From Chloroflexota bacterium (GTDB lineage Bacteria > Chloroflexota > Chloroflexia > Chloroflexales > Herpetosiphonaceae), in assembly GCA_020161265.1 (NCBI GenBank), contig JAIUOC010000003.1:107024-171023 (forward strand): 64,000 nucleotides of DNA, written 5' to 3'. The position numbers and the translations under genes are program-made. Positions within the stretch are counted from its first letter, which is position 1. Every line of letters starts with the position of its first letter. The notes under the pieces were generated by a model. That model saw only the letters and a list, made by a program, of their open reading frames with translations. It was not told where the DNA came from and searched no databases. Shown one piece after another: positions 30,236 through 38,345 of the stretch.

Positions 30236-31039
30236 TTATTCGATGATCGTTCCATGGCCCGCAAGGGCATCGCTAATTGGTTGGTCACGGCGGCCATCGC
30301 CAATGATGACGCGGCGCACACCACCTTCGAGCGCAGTTTGCGCCCCTAGCAATTTTTTCTTCATGCGGCCTTGCGCTAGTTTTTCGGTCGCTTGGGCTAA
30401 TTCGGTGCGTGGTAAGCGACCAATCAAACTGCTTTCGTCGGGAAAGTTGCGATACAAGCCGCTGACATTGGTCAATAGCAAGAGTGTTTCGGCTTCTAGA
30501 GCTACAGCTACACTGGCCGCACCGCGATCCCCATCAATATTTAATGGTTCGCCCACGTTGCTTACCGCCAATGGAGCAATGACTGGTAGATAGCCTGCGC
30601 TCAGCAAGGTTTGCAACAAACCCTGATTAACCTGATCGATGCTGCCAGTCCAATCATCGCGAATCACTCGCACCCGACCGTTTTCAACCGCCCGAACATT
30701 GGTTTTGCGCGTACCTTGCAATAAGCCGCCGTCGATGCCCGATAAGCCTAAGGCGTTGACTCCCAAACCGCGCAAACGCTCAACAAATTGGCGATTAAGC
30801 AAGGCTGTCGCCATCATAAAAATTTCGAGCGTGCGCCGATCGGTTTGGCGGCTGGTGTGGCCTGATGGCGAGGTAATGAAGCGCGGCGGATGTCCAAGTT
30901 GCTCGCCAAGCGTGTTCGCTCCATCCGAGCCACCATGAAACAGCACAATTGGTTGGCCTTGGGCGGCAAGTCGGGCAATATCAGCGCAGAGATTGCTATA
31001 ATCAATCCCCGCTGCCCCGCCAATTTTTATTACAAGCAT
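30236..31039 (-). CDS. lysZ: [LysW]-aminoadipate kinase / acetylglutamate kinase family (ORF track extends to 31123 into the repeat)
   Basis: MLVIKIGGAA amino-acid-kinase N-terminus; AAK fold; cluster context. Confidence 0.85.
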   Translation of the reverse strand: MLVIKIGGAAGIDYSNLCADIARLAAQGQPIVLFHGGSDGANTLGEQLGHPPRFITSPSGHTSRQTDRRTLEIFMMATALLNRQFVERLRGLGVNALGLSGIDGGLLQGTRKTNVRAVENGRVRVIRDDWTGSIDQVNQGLLQTLLSAGYLPVIAPLAVSNVGEPLNIDGDRGAASVAVALEAETLLLLTNVSGLYRNFPDESSLIGRLPRTELAQATEKLAQGRMKKKLLGAQTALEGGVRRVIIGDGRRDQPISDALAGHGTIIE

Positions 31040-31043
31040 GTGT

Positions 31044-31315
31044 ATGATCCTTATTTGATCCACGAAGCACACGAAGAATAGGAACCGCGAAGAATATGAA
31101 GAGCGCCAAGGCTGAAACCACAAAGAACGCGAAGGGCGCTAAGAACTTCAAGCTCAATGTGTATAGCATATCCTTTCATCCCTCATCATTCATATTTTTG
31201 AATCTCTGCGCCTCTGCGTTAAACAATTGATCCACAAAAAGCACAAAGGTTGTGTAGTTTGTGGCCTGACCCCCAACCCCTAGCCCCTGACCCCTATGCT
31301 CTATGTTCTATGTTC
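31044..31315. repeat. Mosaic palindromic intergenic repeat element, copy C (between lysZ and lysY)
   Basis: GATCCACGAAGCACACGAAG, CGCGAAG x3, CATCCCTCATCATTCAT, CTCTGCGCCTCTGCGTTAAA, CCTGACCCCCAACCCCTAGCCCCTGACCCC, CTATGCTCTATGTTCTATGTTCT abutting the lysY stop codon. Confidence 0.85.
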
Positions 31316-32350
31316 TTAAACTGGGTGCAAGCCTGTAAACTCCAGCCCCAAGCGTTCATCGAAGCCATACATCAAATTTAAGCATTGGATGGCGGCTCCG
31401 GCTGCGCCCTTCATCAAGTTATCGAGGGCACACAGCGCCACTACGCGGCCAGTCGCTTCATCGAGTGCCCAACCAATATCGGCGTAATTGCTGCCTGCCA
31501 AGATTTTTGGCTCTGGATGGCGGTGCAAGCCACTACGATCATGGACAATGCGCAGAAACGGTTGTTCAGCAGCGGCAGCGCGATAGGCTCGCCACAGATC
31601 ACGTTCGTTGACCGAGCCTTGAGTAAACACATGGCAGGTTGCCAAAGCGCCACGCACCATTTCCACCGATGTGATCGAAATATGCACATTTTCAAGGCCA
31701 TGGGCTTGCATAATTTCGGCGGTGTGGCGATGACCAACTGGGGCAAACGAGCGCACCACGCCTGAGCGTTCGGCATGATGGCTGCCATCGTTGGCAACCG
31801 CGCCCGCCTCAGACGAACCAACCTTGACTTCAGCCACTACCGGCTTGGTTTGATCGATCAAGCCTGCCTTGACCAACGGCAACAAGGCCAAGTTAATCGC
31901 TGTTGCATTGCAGCCTACGCCGCTAACATAGCGAGTTGAACGAATTTGCTCACGATACAATTCAGGTAAACCATAAACAAAACGCTCCAGCCATTGCGGG
32001 GCAGGGTGGGGTTCGCCATACCAACGGCTATAGGCTTCGGGGTCGCGCAAACGAAAATCAGCTGAACAATCGATTAATGCTTGACCAAGGCCAGCGTAAT
32101 GCTCGATCTTTTTGGCGGCTGAGCCATGCGGCAAGGCCAAAATCAACACATCACAAGGCTCCAACGTGCTTTGCGGGCTATACCGCAAATCGGTGCGACC
32201 ACGCAAATTGGGGTGGGTGCTGTAGACATATTGGCCTGCTAAGCGTTCGCTGGTGACCTGACGCACCTCGACGTGGGGATGCCCCAACAATAAACGCAGC
32301 AATTCACCACCGACATAGCCCGAGCCACCAACTATCGAAACTGAAAGCAT
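31316..32350 (-). CDS. lysY: [LysW]-aminoadipyl-phosphate reductase / N-acetyl-gamma-glutamyl-phosphate reductase family
   Basis: N-terminal Rossmann GGSGYVGGELLRLL and catalytic Cys region (SGVGCNATA); 344 aa. Confidence 0.88.
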   Translation of the reverse strand: MLSVSIVGGSGYVGGELLRLLLGHPHVEVRQVTSERLAGQYVYSTHPNLRGRTDLRYSPQSTLEPCDVLILALPHGSAAKKIEHYAGLGQALIDCSADFRLRDPEAYSRWYGEPHPAPQWLERFVYGLPELYREQIRSTRYVSGVGCNATAINLALLPLVKAGLIDQTKPVVAEVKVGSSEAGAVANDGSHHAERSGVVRSFAPVGHRHTAEIMQAHGLENVHISITSVEMVRGALATCHVFTQGSVNERDLWRAYRAAAAEQPFLRIVHDRSGLHRHPEPKILAGSNYADIGWALDEATGRVVALCALDNLMKGAAGAAIQCLNLMYGFDERLGLEFTGLHPV

Positions 32351-32379
32351 AACAACCTCAAATGGCTACAGCCCGCCGC

Positions 32380-33249
32380 CTATTGCGCTTGAGCTAGCAC
32401 ATAATCAACAATTCGTTCGGGAATATTCACGCCAGTTGTGCTGATGCTGTTGCGAAATTCCATGGTGTAATTGACTTCGTTGACCAAATAACGACCTTCG
32501 GCAGTTTCAAAGACATCGATTGCAACCACGCCGCCACCAACTGCATTGGCCGCGCCAATACAAATATCGGCTAAGGCTGGCGTGATTGGGCAGTTTGAGG
32601 CTTGGCCGCCGCGTGCAGTATTGGTGATCCAGTGGCCGCTGGTGCGATAAATCGCCGCAATACACTCATCGCCAACCACAAACGCCCGAATATCGCGACC
32701 ACCTGGCTTGTTGACATATTCTTGGATATAGAAAATGGCATGCTGATAATTGCCCAAGGTGTCGCGATGTTCAAGTACCGCCTCGGCAGCTTCGCGATCG
32801 TTGATCTTCGAGACCAAGCGCCCCCACGAGCCGATTACTGGCTTCAACACTACCGGATAGCCCAAACTTTCGATCGCTTCGAGCGCTGAATCTTGGGTAT
32901 AGGCCAGTAAACACCGTGGTGATGGCACGCCGTTGCGCAATAGGGCTTGGGTAGTCAAAAATTTATCGCCACAGGTTAATGCCACATCATAATTATTGAC
33001 CGTTGGAATGCCAGCATCGTTCAAGGTTTTGAGCGTGTACAACGCTCGGCCATGGTGCAACGAACGCTCAATAATTACATCAGGAAATTGTTCGCGTACT
33101 TGGCGATTGGCTTGCAACGCGTTCAAATCAAACCATGTCTGATCATCGTCGATTCGCTCAAATTGGACATTGCGCCGCTCAAACTCAGTGATCAGCAGCT
33201 TTTCTTCAACCCGAATTCGGGAACATAACATACCTACACGCATTGACAT
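32380..33249 (-). CDS. lysX: ATP-grasp alpha-aminoadipate--LysW ligase (RimK family)
   Basis: Strong similarity to Thermus LysX (CGDK...[16 protein letters not shown]...FYIQEYV...[12 protein letters not shown]...EVNHTMEF); ATP-grasp motifs. Confidence 0.9.
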   Translation of the reverse strand: MSMRVGMLCSRIRVEEKLLITEFERRNVQFERIDDDQTWFDLNALQANRQVREQFPDVIIERSLHHGRALYTLKTLNDAGIPTVNNYDVALTCGDKFLTTQALLRNGVPSPRCLLAYTQDSALEAIESLGYPVVLKPVIGSWGRLVSKINDREAAEAVLEHRDTLGNYQHAIFYIQEYVNKPGGRDIRAFVVGDECIAAIYRTSGHWITNTARGGQASNCPITPALADICIGAANAVGGGVVAIDVFETAEGRYLVNEVNYTMEFRNSISTTGVNIPERIVDYVLAQAQ

Positions 33250-33256
33250 AACTCCC

Positions 33257-33424
33257 TTACTCGCCCCAGTCTTCTTCGACTTCGGGTGCTAATTCCAACA
33301 CAACTGGGTTCAGGCTGACAACTTCGAGTTCTGCGCCGCAATCAGGGCATGGCACAATCTCGCCATCCAAAATATCGGCTGCCAACGCGATCGTTCCTTC
33401 ACATTCTGGGCATTGTGCGCTCAT
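33257..33424 (-). CDS. lysW: Amino-group carrier protein LysW (55 aa)
   Basis: [10 protein letters not shown]...[13 protein letters not shown]...EEDWGE: Zn-ribbon CxxC..CxxC and C-terminal EDWGE tail diagnostic of LysW; the longer 33257..33514 ORF runs into the repeat. Confidence 0.92.
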   Translation of the reverse strand: MSAQCPECEGTIALAADILDGEIVPCPDCGAELEVVSLNPVVLELAPEVEEDWGE

Positions 33425-33427
33425 TGT

Positions 33428-33759
33428 TTGTAATCCTTTATTAGTTAGGGGTCGGGGGCTAGGGGCTGGGGATCGGTATCCCGTCCTGTGCCAACCACCT
33501 GTTGCCAAACCCACTAATTCTTAACAAACCTTACCTTCGTGATCTTCGCGTCCTTCGCGGTTTCAAGGGTAGGGGTCGGGGGCTAGGGGCTGGGGATCGG
33601 TATCCCGTGCAGTGCCACCTGCCTATGTTCAACCCGTTACATTCCGATAGCCAAAAGCCTTATAGCCTTACTCTCTGCGCCTCTGCGTTAAAACTTCCTG
33701 ACCCCTGATCTCTGACCCCTGAACCCTCGCCCCTTCGTGTCCTTCGTGCTCTTCGTGGA
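33428..33759. repeat. Mosaic palindromic intergenic repeat element, copy D, with internal ~45-bp direct duplication
   Basis: TAGGGGTCGGGGGCTAGGGGCTGGGGATCGGTATCCCGT present twice (about 33437-33485 and 33570-33615); also CTTCGTGATCTTCGCG, CCTTATAGCC, CTCTGCGCCTCTGCGTTAAA, CTGACCCCTGA, CTTCGTGCTCTTCGTGGATC. Confidence 0.85.
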
Positions 33760-34755
33760 TCAAAATTGGTCAATTACTGCTTGCACCACCTCAGCCGTTG
33801 TTGCCGTTCCACCAAGATCGGGCGTGTATGGCCCATTGGCTAATACCGCCTGAATTGCGGTTTGCAAGCGTTCGGCGTAGCTGTTCAAGCCCACAAATTC
33901 GAGCATCAACACGCTAGCGCTCAAGGTTGCCAACGGATTGGCGATGCCTTGGCCAGCAATGTCGGGAGCACTGCCATGCACAGGCTCGAATACCGCCGTG
34001 CGAGTGCCATAGTTGGCCGATGCTGCCAAACCAAGCCCGCCACCCCACACGCTGGCGACATCCGAGAGAATATCGCCAAACAAATTGGTGGTGACTAACA
34101 CTTCAAAACGTTCCGGAGCACGGGCCAATTGATAAGCAGCGTTATCGACCAACATTTCTTCAACCTGCAAATCAGGCGCGTCAGCTAGCACGCGCAGCGC
34201 GGTTTCGCGGAACAAACCACAAGTTTCGCGCAGCACATTGGCTTTGTGTACTACGGTGATTTTGCGGCGGCCAGTGCGTTGGGCATATTGCACCGCCCAT
34301 TGCACAATCCGCTCGCTGGCTTGGCGGGTGATAATTCGTTGCGCCGTGGCGCGTTCATCGCCCTCGCGGGTTTCTTGGCCGCTATACAAACCCTCGGTAT
34401 TTTCGCGCACCACTACCAAATTGACTCCAGCACGGGCATTCGCCAGTGGTGGCGTTTGAACTGGCCGCACACAGGCATACAAATCAAGGGCTTTGCGCAT
34501 GCCAACAATTGGGCTGCGATAGCCAGCGACCCGCTGTGATGGCGAGCTAACTGCACCAAACAAGGTGGCGTTGGCCGCTTGAACCGCTGCTAAAGTTTGT
34601 TCGGGCAAGGCGTTGCCAGTTTGTTGAAAGGTTTCCCAACCAGCTTCGGCTTCGACAAACTCGGCAGGAACCGCCAAGGCTTCGAGCACTTGCCGCGCTG
34701 CTTGCACGACTTCGCGGCCAATCCCATCGCCAGCAATCAAACACAACCTCGTCAT
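33760..34755 (-). CDS. Homoisocitrate / 3-isopropylmalate dehydrogenase family (beta-decarboxylating dehydrogenase)
   Basis: NLFGDILSD and metal/substrate motifs of the IDH/IPMDH family; 331 aa; AAA-cluster context favours homoisocitrate dehydrogenase. Confidence 0.88.
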   Translation of the reverse strand: MTRLCLIAGDGIGREVVQAARQVLEALAVPAEFVEAEAGWETFQQTGNALPEQTLAAVQAANATLFGAVSSPSQRVAGYRSPIVGMRKALDLYACVRPVQTPPLANARAGVNLVVVRENTEGLYSGQETREGDERATAQRIITRQASERIVQWAVQYAQRTGRRKITVVHKANVLRETCGLFRETALRVLADAPDLQVEEMLVDNAAYQLARAPERFEVLVTTNLFGDILSDVASVWGGGLGLAASANYGTRTAVFEPVHGSAPDIAGQGIANPLATLSASVLMLEFVGLNSYAERLQTAIQAVLANGPYTPDLGGTATTAEVVQAVIDQF

Positions 34756-34757
34756 GT

Positions 34758-35255
34758 TTAGGCTCCTGTCGCGGGGAAGCGACCATGGCGACGGTAAAAT
34801 GGCACGATTCCGCCTTCAGCCCAGACTTCGCGCATCCAGCCTTCGGGTGGTGGCAGTTGAATTTGGTTAGCATTGTTGGTGATCAGGCCAGCAGCCAAAT
34901 CAAATTCAACAACATCACCATCGGCAACTTGCTCACGAATGTCGGCGGTGAAACAGGGAATGCCCAAATTCAAGGCGTTGCGGAAGAAAATGCGGGCAAA
35001 TAGCGGAGCGATAATCGCGCCAACTCCGCAGCGCTTCAAGGCCAAGGGCGCATACTCGCGGCTTGAGCCACAGCCAAAGTTTGGCCCAGCAATAATTAAA
35101 TCGCCTGGCTGAACATTGGGAGCAAAATCAGGCCGCGCTTCGATAAAGGCATAGCGTCGCACATCATCATTTGCGCCGAGCATGTAGGGAGCATAACGGC
35201 CTGGAACCATCTGGTCGGTGTTGACATCATTTCCAAAAACCCAAATCCGTGGCAT
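34758..35255 (-). CDS. Homoaconitase / 3-isopropylmalate dehydratase small subunit (LeuD family)
   Basis: MPRIWVFGNDVNTDQMVPG LeuD-like N-terminus; ~165 aa. Confidence 0.85.
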   Translation of the reverse strand: MPRIWVFGNDVNTDQMVPGRYAPYMLGANDDVRRYAFIEARPDFAPNVQPGDLIIAGPNFGCGSSREYAPLALKRCGVGAIIAPLFARIFFRNALNLGIPCFTADIREQVADGDVVEFDLAAGLITNNANQIQLPPPEGWMREVWAEGGIVPFYRRHGRFPATGA

Positions 35256-35283
35256 AGTGCTGACTCCTGTGCAATTGCAAAAA

Positions 35284-36549
35284 TTAGGCGAAAACTGCTT
35301 GCTCAGTGCTGTCGAGCACATTGCGCGGGTGGGTGATGTAGCCAGTTATGGCGGTGGCGGCGGCAACTTCAGGCGAGGCCAAGTAGATATTGGCTCCTGG
35401 GCTGCCCATTCGTCCGCGGAAGTTGCGATTGCCAGTGAAAACGCAGACTTCATCGGGAGCCAACACGCCCATATGGCGACCAATGCATGCGCCACAGCCA
35501 GGCGTGCCGATGGTTGCCCCAGCAGCCAACAACGTCGCCAATGTGCCATCACTGGCGGCGCGATGTAAACTATCGCTCGAAGCAGGCACGACAATCATGC
35601 GCACATTGGGAGCCAAACGTCGCCCTTTGAGGATGCTAGCGGCAGCGGCCATATCTTCGTAGTGGCCGTTGGTGCAGGTGCCAAGATACACCACATCAAC
35701 CGCGACCCGTCCGACATCAGCCAAATCGACTACATTATCGACATAATGTGGCAGGCTAACCTGGGGTTCGAGCGTGCTCAAATCGCATTCGACAACGCGG
35801 CTGTAGCTGGCATCAGCCTCAACCCGCAACCATTCTGGCACGGGATGCTCAGCGCCCAAGCCAGTTGGGGCAACGATTCCGGCCTTGGCTCCAACTTCAA
35901 TCGATAAGGTTGCTAAGGTCATACGTTCGCGCCACGAAAGAAAATCAACCCCGTGCCACTCGACACTTTGGTAGGTTGCACCATCGGCGCGGAGCGTGCG
36001 AGCCGCCCATAAACCAAAATCCTTGACGCTCACGCCTGGTTGAAAATTGCCAACCGCATTGACCCGCACGGTCTCAGGCACGCGAAACCAAGTTTGGCCT
36101 GTCGCGAGGGCAAGGGCAATGTCGGTCGTGCCCATGCCTGAGCCAAAGGCTGCGGCTGCACCATAACCAGTGCTATGCGAATCGCTGCCCACCACCAACA
36201 TGCCAGGTTGCACCAGCCCTTCTTCAATCAAGACCGGGTGCGAGATGCCGCGACCAACATCAAACAAATGGCTGATGCCTTGTTGGGCGACCCAACGCCG
36301 CACTTGTTGTTGCTGTTCGGCTTGGCGCACGGTCGCGGCTGGGGCAACGTGGTCGATCACCACTGCAACTTTGTCGCGATCCCACACGCGTTCAGCGCCC
36401 AATTCGTTGTGCAAGGTTTCGATAATGCTGGGCGAGAGGCTATCGTGCATCATCACCAAATCGACGTTGACCACTACCATATCGCCTGCTTGCACGTCGC
36501 TGCGACCGGAAGCATGCCCCAAAATTTGCTCGGCAAATGTCTGACCCAT
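35284..36549 (-). CDS. Homoaconitase / 3-isopropylmalate dehydratase large subunit (aconitase family)
   Basis: Aconitase-family Fe-S ligands (GTCTNG; PGCGACIG); MGQTFAEQIL N-terminus. Confidence 0.88.
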   Translation of the reverse strand: MGQTFAEQILGHASGRSDVQAGDMVVVNVDLVMMHDSLSPSIIETLHNELGAERVWDRDKVAVVIDHVAPAATVRQAEQQQQVRRWVAQQGISHLFDVGRGISHPVLIEEGLVQPGMLVVGSDSHSTGYGAAAAFGSGMGTTDIALALATGQTWFRVPETVRVNAVGNFQPGVSVKDFGLWAARTLRADGATYQSVEWHGVDFLSWRERMTLATLSIEVGAKAGIVAPTGLGAEHPVPEWLRVEADASYSRVVECDLSTLEPQVSLPHYVDNVVDLADVGRVAVDVVYLGTCTNGHYEDMAAAASILKGRRLAPNVRMIVVPASSDSLHRAASDGTLATLLAAGATIGTPGCGACIGRHMGVLAPDEVCVFTGNRNFRGRMGSPGANIYLASPEVAAATAITGYITHPRNVLDSTEQAVFA

Positions 36550-36645
36550 TGCGGAAACTCCCAAAAATAGCTGAAAAATGGCACATCAAGGTATAGCAAG
36601 CTAGGGCATTGAAATAGCAATTTCAATTGCCAGCTTGAAAAATCG

Positions 36646-37779
36646 TTAGGCTGCTTGGAGGGTGCTTGAGCGCAGGAGCGCATCCACCTCGTCGAGCGTC
36701 AACGGCTGATCATCGGCAGCAGCTTTGAGTTGAGCTGCAATGGCGATAATCGTGGTGTCGCTCAGATCCAAACCTAGGGCGTTGGCGCGGCTTTGCAAGG
36801 CATGGCGACCAGTTAGGCGATGCCCAATCAGCACATTGCGTTCGCGCCCAAAAGCATTGGGATCGATCGCTTCGTAGGTGCTGGGATTGGCCAAAACAGC
36901 CTTGGTATGCAGGCCAGCCTTGTGAGCAAAGGCGGTTTCGCTGGTGATACAGGCATTGAACGGCACTTGAATGCCCAACATTGCCGCAACTGTGTGATCA
37001 AGTTGGGCCAACATTGGCAAGGCATAGCCTGCAACACTTTCAGGTTCGGAGAGGTAGAGGCGAGCAATTAAGCCGCTGAGCGCGGCGATGCCGTTGCGTT
37101 CGCCAATTCCAAGAATGGTTGTATCGATGTGGGTTGCGCCTGCTTCGAGCGCTGCATAGGCATTGGCAATTGCACAGCCGCCATCGTTGTGGCCATGAAA
37201 TTCAATGTCGCAGCGAACTGCATTGCGGACTGCACCAACCACACGTTCAACATCGCGTGGCGTGGCAATGCCCACGGTGTCGGCGATGCCAACCCGCTGC
37301 ACGCCAAGCAAATCGACAGCTTGGTAGACGCGCAACAAATCGGGCAGTGGGGTGCGGAATGAATCTTCGCAGGAGAACCGAACTTCGATCTGACGTTCTT
37401 GGAGGAAACGCACAACTGGGCCAACTTCTGCCAAAATCGCTTCAATTGAGCGACCATGGCTCCATTGGCGCAGATAGGGTGATGTGCCAAAGAGGATATT
37501 TACGCCAGCCACGCCACATTCAGCAGCGAGCCGCACGTCATCAAGGTTACAACGGGTGTGGGTCAGCAGCTTGGTGTTGCCGAGCGGCAAGGCTGCGATG
37601 CTGCGCAAATCTGCCGCACTTTGCGGCGAGGCGCAGGGAGAGGTCATTTCGATGTATTCAACGCCAAATTGAACTAGCAAATTGGCGATGGCGAGGCGAT
37701 CTTCACTGCTGAAATGAGCATTGGCCCATTGTTCGCCTTCGCGTAATGTCGTATCAACAATTGCAAAATGCCGTGTCAT
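36646..37779 (-). CDS. Homocitrate synthase / 2-isopropylmalate synthase family (DRE-TIM metallolyase); cluster context favours homocitrate synthase
   Basis: MTRHFAIVDTTLREGEQ and HxH metal motif (EFHGHND); first gene of the lysine cluster. Confidence 0.88.
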   Translation of the reverse strand: MTRHFAIVDTTLREGEQWANAHFSSEDRLAIANLLVQFGVEYIEMTSPCASPQSAADLRSIAALPLGNTKLLTHTRCNLDDVRLAAECGVAGVNILFGTSPYLRQWSHGRSIEAILAEVGPVVRFLQERQIEVRFSCEDSFRTPLPDLLRVYQAVDLLGVQRVGIADTVGIATPRDVERVVGAVRNAVRCDIEFHGHNDGGCAIANAYAALEAGATHIDTTILGIGERNGIAALSGLIARLYLSEPESVAGYALPMLAQLDHTVAAMLGIQVPFNACITSETAFAHKAGLHTKAVLANPSTYEAIDPNAFGRERNVLIGHRLTGRHALQSRANALGLDLSDTTIIAIAAQLKAAADDQPLTLDEVDALLRSSTLQAA

Positions 37780-37911
37780 GAAAGCACAATCCTTCCGCAA
37801 GAACATCCGGTGAACAATTCAGGGCGAACAGCCGCAGGGCGGTGGATATGGCTGATGCGTTTAAGTTGCTTGAGTATGGCCATGGAAAAATCCTTTCAAA
37901 CCGACGTTGGA

Positions 37912-37942
37912 TACAAAAAAACTCGCCGTTTGGTGCGGCGAG
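37912..37942 (-). terminator. Intrinsic terminator (putative attenuator) in the 5' leader of the homocitrate-synthase gene
   Basis: Minus strand: CTCGCCGCACCAAACGGCGAG followed by TTTTTTT; about 135 nt upstream of the start codon. Confidence 0.6.
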
Positions 37943-37974
37943 CCTTGGTGTTTATTGAGCGCGTGAAGTGTTGT

Positions 37975-38061
37975 TTAGACGCGACGCAATAACCCAGACT
38001 CGCTGCCTGGCTTCTTTGCGCTACGTTTTTTCGAGTTCAGGTACAATTGTTGACTGAACAT
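37975..38061 (-). CDS. Candidate leader peptide (28 aa, MFSQQLYLNSKKRSAKKPGSESGLLRRV) with two Lys-Lys pairs, preceding the attenuator
   Basis: Minus-strand ORF with GGAG about 10 nt upstream; AAA AAA and AAG AAG lysine codon pairs; stop ~33 nt before terminator hairpin. Confidence 0.35.
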   Translation of the reverse strand: MFSQQLYLNSKKRSAKKPGSESGLLRRV

Positions 38062-38100
38062 AGTAACAAACTCCACAAACCATCAAAAGTTCTGTCGCGA

Positions 38101-38129
38101 AGCATAGCAGGCAGGTTTGAGTTTGTCAA
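38101..38129 (-). promoter_or_regulatory. Sigma70-like promoter for the lysine-cluster leader
   Basis: Minus strand TTGACA - 17 nt - TATGCT. Confidence 0.5.
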
Positions 38130-38140
38130 GTGACGATTTT

Positions 38141-38345
38141 TGGGCATCGGGGATCGGTTGTTGGGGGTCGGGGGTCAGGGATTTTTAAACGCCAAGGACA
38201 TGAAGGAGAATAAGGCTATAGGCTTTTGGCTATCGGAAATTGGTTGAAATTATCAAAAGCCTATAGCCTATAGCCAAATCTTCCGATCCCCGCCCCCCAA
38301 CAACCGATCCCTAGCCCCCGACCCCTAGCCCCTTATGTTCTATGC
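38141..38345. repeat. Mosaic palindromic intergenic repeat element, copy E (near-perfect long inverted repeat)
   Basis: CATCGGGGATCGGTTGTTGGGGGTCGGGGGTCAGGG ... CCGATCCCCGCCCCCCAACAACCGATCCCTAGCCCCCGACCCC; inner GGCTATAGGCTTTTGGCTATCGG ... CCTATAGCCTATAGCC; terminal TTATGTTCTATGCTCTATGTTCT encodes the last codons and stop of the downstream GT gene. Confidence 0.9.

Noticed and set aside
31040-31123. N-terminal extension of the lysZ ORF into repeat element C
   Set aside because: The amino-acid-kinase fold starts at MLVIKIGG (31039). Upstream residues are encoded by the repeat and are not conserved.
33425-33514. N-terminal extension of the lysW ORF (MGLATGGWHRTGYRSPAPSPRPLTNKGLQT)
   Set aside because: The extension lies within repeat element D and has no similarity to LysW. 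Canonical LysW begins MSxQCPECG at 33424, so the extension is probably spurious.
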